From: a virus
Taxonomy: Duplodnaviria; Caudoviricetes
DNA length: 64,000 nt
Direction: 5' to 3' (one strand)
Virus record (IMG/VR): IMGVR_UViG_2854078061_000001
Coordinates: 44,150 to 108,149 of that record
Positions 56,621 to 64,000 of this stretch are shown here, piece after piece. Made by a program: the position numbers and the translations under genes. Positions within the stretch are counted from its first letter, which is position 1. Every line of letters begins with the position of its first letter. The notes beneath the pieces were generated by a model. That model had not been told where the DNA came from. It saw only the letters and a list, made by a program, of their open reading frames with translations, and did no database searches.

Positions 56621-57182
56621 ATGGCTTTAGGAAATATGAATATTGGTATTGATAGTGAGTTCATTCCGTTCAACCTCAATACGGTTCTTACCCCCCCCCC
56701 CCACAGATTCTGACGAAGTTGTGATGAACACGAGTGCCGCCGGGTATCACCGTAAGCCACTAAGTGCATTGTGGAGCTGGATTAAGAGTAAGATAGCAAG
56801 CGAAGTGATTCCGGACGTGGTGACGATTCAAACTTCTGCGATTACGATCACAACAGATTGGCAAGATACTGGAATTCATTCAACTGATCTGCCGTCTGGA
56901 ACTTATATTATGCAGTTTCGTGCTGACACGACCCCGTATTGCAATATTTGGGGAGACATATTTTGTGGAGTTGTCCAGTGGTATGCTGAAGAGACAAACA
57001 GCGGTAATGCAGACGATATAGGTTTACATTGTTCTGGTCATTCTACAAATGGACAACATTTTTATCTTAGGACAATTCGTTCTGGCCGTTCCGAAGGGGT
57101 TGGTTTAAGACTTCAAATCAAAGGTTCTATGGCCGCAGATACAGCTTCCACATTTACATTCAAATTCCGCAGATTGATATAA
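56621..57182 (+). pseudogene. Fibre cassette frameshifted in a C12 tract (56691-56702)
   Basis: AAGGAGG RBS and ATG 56621 are out of frame with the body by 1 nt at the homopolymer; C11 or C8 restores the frame. Confidence 0.75.
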
Positions 57183-57230
57183 ACAACGCATTACAAATAA
57201 AACGTTTTATAAGGAGGCGATCACATATCG

Positions 57231-58655
57231 ATGAACGATGAAAAAAAAAGTTGGCTAGACAGAGCGGGTACGGTTCACCTCTGGAAAACGATTGAGGCTA
57301 TGCTCGGTACAAAGGTAGATAAAATCGAAGGGTTCGGCTTATCCAGCAACGACTATACAACAGAAGAAAAGAAGAAACTTGCTAGTTTAAGCGACCCTAA
57401 TGTAGCCACCACTGAAAATAATGGTTTGATGAGCTCGGCTGATAAAGCAAAGCTGGATGGTATTGAAGCTGGAGCTAATAATTATACTCACCCGGTATAC
57501 GAAGCAAAACAGGCCGGATTATATCGCATCAGTGTTGATAATACAGGTCATGTGGCAACAGCAGATAAAATGACGAGTGAAGAGTTGACTGCAGAGGGTG
57601 TCTCCCCCGCCGATCATACGCATGACTTGGGCGTATTGGTAGATACACTGGAGACGAGTGCTGACGCTGTTGAAGATGCTGACACTGTTATGGTTGGCGC
57701 TATAGTTACGAGTGATGATGGCAGTGCGACTACGAAGTACACCCGCAGGCCACTGGCTGCTTTATGGAACTGGATCAAAGCGAAGGCAGATACGTTGTAT
57801 GCTGCTGTTGGACATACACACAAGGTAAACGAGCTCGAAAATTATGATACACATGTGTATAACCCAACTTTAGATCGTACCAAGCGGACTGTTTTGGCTG
57901 CACCTACAGGAACTGATGGTCCTGCCACATTCAGAGCATTGGATAAGAATGATGTGGGGTTGGGAAATGTGGATAATGTAGCCGCACTACCGTTAACTGG
58001 TGGAACGATGAGCGGAAGAATTGTAAGGAATACGCCTTCTTCATGGATAGATGCTCGTAATACCACCGCTGTGTATCAAGCCGCTCCGTCTGATGGTTGT
58101 TATAAATCAGTTGTTGGACAGGGAACTCAAAATGGTGTTTAGACAATTGGAGCACTCAGTGGGCAAGAATATTTGTATTTTGAATATACTTCTGATTCAG
58201 ATTATGCAAGTGGAAATAATGTCGCAACAAGTACCATTTTGGAACCACGAGGCGGCACTATTATTACAACTGCAAATATCGGAGAACAGACGATTGGCAA
58301 TGCAAACGCAGCGTCATATATTTCAAATCAAGGAAATCAAACAGCAATAAATTCACCTCTTGACGTAAAAGGACTTTCTGTATATCAAGTATATAACAAT
58401 GGATATCCAACATCTTACGGTAATGTTTTAAGCATTGGCGGCACTGGTGACGGTCAGATCCTTGCTGGTTGGAGCGGCGGCAATAACGGTATTGAGCGTT
58501 TGTATTATCGTAACCGGCGTGATATGTGTTCAACGTAGTCGGGATGGAGGACTGTGGCTTTTACAACAGATATCACACAAATTATCTCTCAAACCAGTGA
58601 CCCGGGTGCCGGAAGTAGTCTTGCGACTGGCACAGTGCTTTTGGTATATGCGTAA
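57231..58655 (+). CDS. Tail fibre protein (474 aa, TAGs 58140-58142 and 58536-58538 read through)
   Basis: GLSSNDYT, GLMSSADKAKLDGI, NNYTHP, DVGLGNVDN, LPLTGGTMSG; NGV*TIG and ST*SGWRTVAF; ends at the next RBS. Confidence 0.8.
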
Positions 58656-58667
58656 GGAGGATTGATT

Positions 58668-59495
58668 ATGGCGATTTATACAGGAATTGGCGGAAGCGCC
58701 AAATCAGTTTCAAAAATTTATACTGGAATAGATGGCGTAGCAAGACCTGTGCACAAGGGTTATATCGGCGTGGACGGCGTGGCCAAGAAGTTCTATGACG
58801 GCGGCAATCCCATCAGCTCCTTTGCATTGGGGACAGAATTTGGCATTGCAGACCCGAGCGGCAATACCTGCTGGTATAAGCTGGTGCATAAGGGCGTTCC
58901 AGGCGGCGGGTTGTACGACAGCACGGCCAACGGCGCATGGCTCTGGAGGACGAACATTGCAGCATCCACTTCTATCAGTGGCAGTTACATCTACGGTTAC
59001 GAAGGGTGGGCACTGGACAACTGGTGTGTCAACTACCCGGGCGGAAATATCACACCCAGTGTAGCAAACCGCCTGATGACCGTGCATCTGCCCTACGTGA
59101 AGCAGGCTGATTACAATTCGGCCAATGTTTCCTCCGGCTCGAACGGCCTTTCGAGAAAGTGCTTTCTGCTTTCCGCAGTCGAGATGGGCGTTTACACCTG
59201 GCAGGGTGTGGGTGGCCTGATGGCGCAGGAGGGTGCAAAGCTGGACTACTTCGACTATACGACTGATGCCACCAGCAAACGAAGCGCGAATGACGAATAC
59301 TGGACACGCTCCAAGCGAACCCACAACGGTAACTACATGTACACGTTTTATGCGGATGGTAGTTTCTCCAGTGTAGGCGAACACCGCGAATTTTCTAAGG
59401 GTCTGCGCCCCTGCATCGTGCTGCCGCTGAACACGCTGGTGACAACGGTCAAGGCTACGTCCTGGTGGCAGAGCGACAATAATTATATTATCTGA
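58668..59495 (+). CDS. DUF6273-like (C-lectin-fold) tail-associated protein
   Basis: IYTGIDGVAR repeats; FLLSAVE; YWTRS; GLRPCIVLP. Confidence 0.7.
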   Translation: MAIYTGIGGSAKSVSKIYTGIDGVARPVHKGYIGVDGVAKKFYDGGNPISSFALGTEFGIADPSGNTCWYKLVHKGVPGGGLYDSTANGAWLWRTNIAASTSISGSYIYGYEGWALDNWCVNYPGGNITPSVANRLMTVHLPYVKQADYNSANVSSGSNGLSRKCFLLSAVEMGVYTWQGVGGLMAQEGAKLDYFDYTTDATSKRSANDEYWTRSKRTHNGNYMYTFYADGSFSSVGEHREFSKGLRPCIVLPLNTLVTTVKATSWWQSDNNYII

Positions 59496-59518
59496 GCGCC
59501 CGGAAAGGAGATTTTAAA

Positions 59519-60211
59519 ATGGAAGAAACAATGATCCGCCCCGGGTACACAACGACGACCGAGACCGACGGCACCCCGGCAGATTACAGCGCAATCGAGG
59601 CTGCGGTGAACGCACACAACCAAAATGCACAGCCCGGGGAAGCTTACTAGGGCATTCGCCTATGCGGGACGGAGTATGAAGTGTATGAATACGGTGAAGT
59701 GCCCCAGCCGCCGACCACTGAAGAACTTTTTGAACAGCTAAAGCTCTATAAAGAAACAAAAATTAAAGAAAGTAAGATGTGTCTTTCTGAATATCTTGCA
59801 TCTCATCCAATTCAATGGACTGATGGCAAATATTACAGTGTCACCAGTGAGAAGCAGGCTTTGCTTACAAGCAACCTTGCCCTGTACCAAATCTCTACAG
59901 CTGCCGGACAGCCTTTTAAACTGACATGGAATTCTACCGGCGATGAATGTGTGGAGTGGACTTATGACGATCTGGCAGCTCTGGCACTGGCGATTGGTAT
60001 GTATGTGAAGCCCTTTGTCTCTCATCAGCAGGAATTGGAGGTTGACATCAAAGCATGTATGACAAGTGAAGAGGTAGATGCTATCGCTATCGTATATGGT
60101 AGTGATGATGATTCTACTGAGAATCCTGAAAGTCCTGATGAATCCGGGTCTACAGACGAAACGACCAATGCAGAAATAAAGGAGGACGCTAATGAGCAAC
60201 AAACTTCGTGA
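59519..60211 (+). CDS. Fibre assembly-like protein, DUF4376-like (230 aa, TAG 59648-59650 read through)
   Basis: AAAGGAG RBS at 59519; GEAY*GIR; LTWNSTG. Confidence 0.7.
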
Positions 60212-60647
60212 ACTAATCAAATGCGGCATCCTCTTTTTGATCGGAGGACGCCTTTATTATTGCATCGAAATTCTGTGGCGCGGGCATTCTCATTGGACGA
60301 TGGCTGTTGTCGGTGGCATCTGTTTTCTTGTGATCGGTGGACTGAACAACTATATTCCCTGGGAAATGCCGCTCTGGAAACAGGCTGGTATTGGAGCGCT
60401 CTTTGTGACTGCTATGGAGCTTGTAGTAGGTGTCCCACTGAATTTGATGCTTGGCTTACATATCTGGGACTACTCTTCCCTGCCGTTCAATCTGCTAGGT
60501 CAAATCTGTCTGCCGTTTACAGTGCTATGGTTTTTCCTTGCGCTGCTGTGCATCTTTGTTGATGACTGGCTGCGTTATGTTCTATTCCATGAAGAGCGCC
60601 CGCATTATCATTGGCGTACTGTATGTGATGGCGGAAAACGCACATAA
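60192..60647 (+). CDS. Membrane protein (putative ABC-permease-like family common near phage lysis genes)
   Basis: EILWRGHSHWTM, IWDYS.LPFNLLGQIC. Confidence 0.8.
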   Translation: MSNKLRELIKCGILFLIGGRLYYCIEILWRGHSHWTMAVVGGICFLVIGGLNNYIPWEMPLWKQAGIGALFVTAMELVVGVPLNLMLGLHIWDYSSLPFNLLGQICLPFTVLWFFLALLCIFVDDWLRYVLFHEERPHYHWRTVCDGGKRT

Positions 60648-60750
60648 AGAGAAAGAGCCCCTGTGACGATGGCTACATCACAGAGACTCTAACTCACGCA
60701 ACAACTCATAGAAAATGAGTTTGTACTAGCCCGATGGAGGGTTTGTACTG
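60645..60750 (-). ncRNA. Putative ~105-nt small RNA
   Basis: Minus-strand promoter upstream, internal hairpin AACTCAT/ATGAGTT, terminator GAGTCTCTGTGA...TCACAGGGGCTC-TTTCTCTTT; no ORF with an RBS. Confidence 0.55.
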
Positions 60751-60755
60751 CTCTC

Positions 60756-60784
60756 ACTATATCACGTTGATAGGAATTTGTCAA
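60756..60784 (-). promoter_or_regulatory. SigA promoter (minus strand)
   Basis: TTGACA-N17-TATAGT with extended TG. Confidence 0.75.
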
Positions 60785-60799
60785 TTGAAAGGAGGAATT

Positions 60800-60955
60800 A
60801 TGGCGCAGGAAGTCTTAAAGCCGCTGTTATTAGACGAAACAGGCAAAGAAATCGTGATAGCACTGAACGCTATTGTTACACAGCTGACCGAGATCAATGA
60901 AACACTGAAAGCCAAAAATACAGACAGTGGTACGAATGGTGGTGAGAAGACATGA
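60800..60955 (+). CDS. Small hypothetical protein (51 aa)
   Basis: AAAGGAGG RBS before ATG 60800. Confidence 0.7.
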   Translation: MAQEVLKPLLLDETGKEIVIALNAIVTQLTEINETLKAKNTDSGTNGGEKT

Positions 60956-61455
60956 TAGGAAGTTTGAATGCCGCACCTCACGTCTATTCTTTTACCATAC
61001 AGCAGTTGTAGACCATGTTGCTGAGTATCTGTGGTGGCATCACTGCTATTTCAGCCGCTATCGCTGTTATCATCAAGGCAATCAATCATGCGAAAGCACC
61101 AGATGACAAACAGAACGAGCGGCTGAATGCCCACGATGCAGAACTTGAGAAGATCAATAGAAAACTAGGTGCAGATAAAGACAGGCTCGACCTGTTTCAA
61201 TCCAAGCTGGTCTCATTAGAAGAGCACCAGAAAGAAAACAGTATCACGCTGGAAGTACATGACCGTAAAATTCTCGAATCAGAACAGCGTATCAGTCACA
61301 GCGAGCAAGGCAATAATGTCACCATGAAGGCTCTGCTTGCACTCCTCAGTCACGGCATCGACGGCAACGCGATCGAGCCAATGAAGGAGGCCAAGGCTGC
61401 ACTTGAGAACTATTTGATCGATGGTCAGAACAACACAAAGAATATTACGAACTAA
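60952..61455 (+). CDS. Holin-like/XhlA-like TM plus coiled-coil protein (167 aa, TAG 61009-61011 read through)
   Basis: ATGA overlap and GGTGGTGA RBS at 60952, none at 61015; ALLSHGIDGN. Confidence 0.7.
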
Positions 61456-61499
61456 CCCGAGACTGCGTGTCCCGGGCTTTTTTATTTTGGAGGTTTATT

Positions 61500-61820
61500 A
61501 TGATGGATATTATCAATGAGCTGGTTTCTGTTATCGTCCGCCTGGTTATTGCTGGCGCTGGTACTGCCTTTATGGCCTATGGTATCCCCTATCTGAAGAA
61601 AATCGGTGTGTACAAGCTAGTACAGATTGCTGTTCGTGCTGCAGAGAAGCTGGGCGCAACCGGCGCTATCGAAAAAGCCGACAAGAAGAAATACGTTATG
61701 GAAGCTCTGGAGCATCTGGGTGTGAAGATCACTCCGACTATTGAGACCATGATTGAGGCTGCTGTCAAAGAGATGGACATCCAGAACGATAAAATCAAGG
61801 ACGAGCTCAAAAAGAATTGA
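61500..61820 (+). CDS. Holin, LL-H family
   Basis: One TM helix; AVRAAEKL, KKKYV, IEAAVKEM. Confidence 0.85.
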   Translation: MMDIINELVSVIVRLVIAGAGTAFMAYGIPYLKKIGVYKLVQIAVRAAEKLGATGAIEKADKKKYVMEALEHLGVKITPTIETMIEAAVKEMDIQNDKIKDELKKN

Positions 61821-61832
61821 AGGTGTGATGAA

Positions 61833-62480
61833 ATGGGTGTTATTACATACTCTATGAAGAAGGACTAGAACAAAAAGGTGTCGGCTCATTTTTCCGTCTA
61901 TGAGTTCGCCTGCTCCGATAAGAGTGATACAGTTCTAGTCGATAGTCAGCTGATTGAAGTGCTAGAACAGATCCGCGCTCACTTCGGCGCTCCTGTCCAT
62001 ATCAACTCTGGGTATCGTACTCCTGCCTATAACATCTCCATCGGTGGAAGCCCTCGTAGCCAGCATTGTAAAGGAACTGCCGCTGATATCTGGATCAAGG
62101 GCGTTGACCCGATTCGGATCGCACTGTATGTATCTTCCCTGCCCTACTTTGCCAAGAGTGGTGGTATTGGATATTATAGCCGTGCTGTGCTTACGAGTGG
62201 CTTTGTTCATGTTGATGTGCGCACCACACGCAGCCGCTGGATCAGTAAATCCGGCACGAAATATATTAGCGTAGCCAATCTTATGCCGACTATCAGACAG
62301 GGTGCGAAAGACGCTATGAATGGTGCTTCTTATGCTGTAACTGTACTACAACGGCATCTTGGTGTTAAAGCTGATGGCATTTTTGGCGTGAATACCAAGG
62401 CGAAGCTGATTGAGTATCAGAAAGGACATGGGCTGGCTGCAGATGGCATCTGTGGGCCTGCTACATGGGGTTCGTTTTGA
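61833..62480 (+). CDS. Endolysin: peptidase M15A plus peptidoglycan-binding domain (215 aa, TAG 61866-61868 read through)
   Basis: INSGYRT, SQH..G.AADI, FVHVDVR; ADGIFG / ADGICGPATW; AAGGTG RBS before ATG 61833. Confidence 0.88.
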
Positions 62481-62716
62481 TGACAGATAACCAGAATACA
62501 TTTCGTGCAGGAGACAAAATTAAATTAGACGGAATATTATTTTCAAACAGCCAAACACATTGCGGTATGCGCCGCTCTGGTGAATGGTATATTTTTGATG
62601 GGAAACTTGTAAACGGGCGCTATCGAGTGACGAATCTTGAGAGCCGCATCGGCAAGTACCCAATCTCAGTAAATGTGTCGGGCTATGTAGAGCCGAGTGA
62701 TATTGAGCTGATATAA
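62480..62716 (+). CDS. Small SH3-like protein
   Basis: TGATG overlap; NGRYRVTN...VSGYV resembles lysin cell-wall-binding modules. Confidence 0.65.
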   Translation: MTDNQNTFRAGDKIKLDGILFSNSQTHCGMRRSGEWYIFDGKLVNGRYRVTNLESRIGKYPISVNVSGYVEPSDIELI

Positions 62717-62720
62717 AACG

Positions 62721-62762
62721 AATGGGGTATCAATCCGTAATTGGACTGGTACCCCATTTTTT
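62721..62762. terminator. Bidirectional terminator ending the late operon
   Basis: AATGGGGTATCA...TGGTACCCCATT then TTTT, between convergent genes. Confidence 0.8.
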
Positions 62763-62768
62763 AGCATT

Positions 62769-62966
62769 TTATTTTATCTCCTCCTGCAGCCATTCCTTCC
62801 AACCATTGATTGTGCGAGGGCAATTATCTTGTTGTGCAACTATTTCATACAAAAGCGCTGCTAACTCATCGTCCGATAGATTACGAATCGCTTGAGCCTT
62901 ATTAGCCGCCGGGTGTCTATGAAATATAAACGCGAGTGCAAGGTCAAGTATTTTTGGATTGTTCAT
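62769..62966 (-). CDS. Hypothetical protein
   Basis: ATGA overlap with upstream gene; IRNLSDDELA...EWL motif. Confidence 0.7.
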   Translation of the reverse strand: MNNPKILDLALAFIFHRHPAANKAQAIRNLSDDELAALLYEIVAQQDNCPRTINGWKEWLQEEIK

Positions 62967-64000
62967 TGTTCCACCTTATGAAATACAACTGGAGCATCCT
63001 CTATTTCCAAATCAGCGGCAATCACCATTGGCGACAACCACCTTAAAACCAACAGTCTATTCTCAGGCTCGTTCTTGGGACCTGTCCAGAAATGATGCCA
63101 GTGACCACGACGCATGTGAGGGCGCGGTGAGTTGTGAGTAGTGGGTTCAGAGTCGCTACCAGATGCCTTCGTTTTCTGTTGACGGATGGCTGCGCCGATT
63201 CTTTCGCCAACATCCCATTTACGAATCTCAGAATATTTATCTTTGATTACTTTGCCGCGCTTTGTTACAGTTGCCTGTTCTTCATCTGGGGCAATCTCTG
63301 CGTTCTGTGCCAAAATATAAAGGACGACCTGCATGACTTGTTTGATAAACGTGATCGTCTCTTCATCTTTTGCGGGGTCTGCCTCTGCATACTTTTCCAG
63401 CTTTTTATTTCTTTTGGCGTGTTCAGCGAGCTGTTCATTTAACTTTTTAATACTGTTTTCAATGGTTCCGGCATCAAGGTCGATGGGATAAGTGAACGAA
63501 TCCCCATTCTCAGAAAGGAACGTCAACTTCAAATCACGCTCATGCAGCTTAACATTATAATCAAGAGACACGAAGAAACCGTGAATCTTTTCATTGTCGA
63601 AATAAGTATTGGGCAACTCAACATAAAAACACTGATACGGGAGATGCATCAGAATATCGACAGGTATATCGATGTCATCCTTTTGTTCAAAGAGAAGGTC
63701 TTTTATATCTTCGTTGATAACATAGACTTCTTTACTGAGCCTCCACGGTGCCAAAACAGAAACGAGCTGCGCACATGTCACAACAGCGCTCACTTCATTC
63801 ATCGACAGACGGCTAAGGTCATGCCCATCCGATACAACAGTCAGTGCGGCTTCGATTGGAGCATAACACCACTCAGGCCATGATACAGAACTTGCTGTAC
63901 CATTCATATCATGGAATTCTTCCATCTCTTTCCACACGATAGGATATTGAGTAGTGAGAGCTCTGAGCATTTTAAGAGGGAGATAGATATCTTGTTTCAT
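62963..64000 (-). CDS. AcrVA2/FinQ-family-like protein (may extend beyond the window)
   Basis: WPEWCYAP, LAPWRLSKEVY, LMHLPYQCFYVE and C-terminal SPRPHMRRGHWHHFWTG resemble the AcrVA2 family (recalled, not searched). Confidence 0.55.
   Translation of the reverse strand: MKQDIYLPLKMLRALTTQYPIVWKEMEEFHDMNGTASSVSWPEWCYAPIEAALTVVSDGHDLSRLSMNEVSAVVTCAQLVSVLAPWRLSKEVYVINEDIKDLLFEQKDDIDIPVDILMHLPYQCFYVELPNTYFDNEKIHGFFVSLDYNVKLHERDLKLTFLSENGDSFTYPIDLDAGTIENSIKKLNEQLAEHAKRNKKLEKYAEADPAKDEETITFIKQVMQVVLYILAQNAEIAPDEEQATVTKRGKVIKDKYSEIRKWDVGERIGAAIRQQKTKASGSDSEPTTHNSPRPHMRRGHWHHFWTGPKNEPENRLLVLRWLSPMVIAADLEIEDAPVVFHKVEQ

Larger units (their letters stand above)
1..64000. mobile_element. Large SPbeta-like temperate siphophage/prophage: RNA polymerase, morphogenesis and lysis modules
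   Basis: Gene order RNAP - phosphoesterase - terminase - portal - scaffold - capsid - tail - tape measure - baseplate - fibres - holin - endolysin parallels the SPbeta yon/yom region; no host housekeeping genes seen. Confidence 0.92.

Noticed and set aside
59290-59430. Diversity-generating retroelement variable region in the DUF6273-like gene
   Set aside because: The fold is a plausible target, but no template repeat or reverse transcriptase is visible in the window.
601-61868. Decayed cryptic prophage, or G-to-A hypermutation/sequencing error, as the cause of the TAG breaks
   Set aside because: Decay should also give TAA, TGA and frameshifts, yet all 22 nonsense breaks are TAG and none is TGG-to-TGA. 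Not fully excluded: some AGR codons sit where Gly might be expected (FENRS, EILRL, YNERC) and CTA-G junctions are frequent, so raw reads should be checked.
601-61868. Genetic code 15 (TAG=Gln), or pyrrolysine
   Set aside because: Flanking motifs such as ST*SGW, QK*EEE, KVI*AI and LT*NQ fit Trp positions, and no pyl genes are seen; an alignment is needed to be final.

Overview
A 64-kb segment of a large SPbeta-like (YonO-type RNA polymerase) temperate siphophage or prophage of a Bacillota host; the codon usage suggests a Clostridia/Oscillospiraceae-like host (inference). The + strand carries a PIN-PhoH gene, an array of small ORFs, a single-subunit RNA polymerase, a phosphoesterase, a tRNA, and then the whole late operon (terminase, portal, scaffold, capsid, tail, tape measure, baseplate/fibres, holins, endolysin). 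Three features stand out. (1) 22 in-frame TAG codons split 19 otherwise intact genes, many at positions that read as tryptophan, and no called gene clearly ends in TAG. This points to amber-to-Trp decoding rather than the usual phage TAG-to-Gln. (2) The ~4,200-aa tape-measure gene is split by a 2,284-nt group I intron with identifiable splice sites, which carries four cargo genes (the + strand ones with their own promoters) and no homing endonuclease. (3) Seven consecutive, otherwise unrelated small ORFs all end in the same C-terminal peptide tag, C-x-C-[ED]-[STP]-L-L. Also seen: a type I toxin-like locus, an antisense sRNA with an anti-SD motif, a poly-C frameshifted fibre cassette, and an AcrVA2-like gene. 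All family assignments come from motif recognition by eye; no database searches were run.
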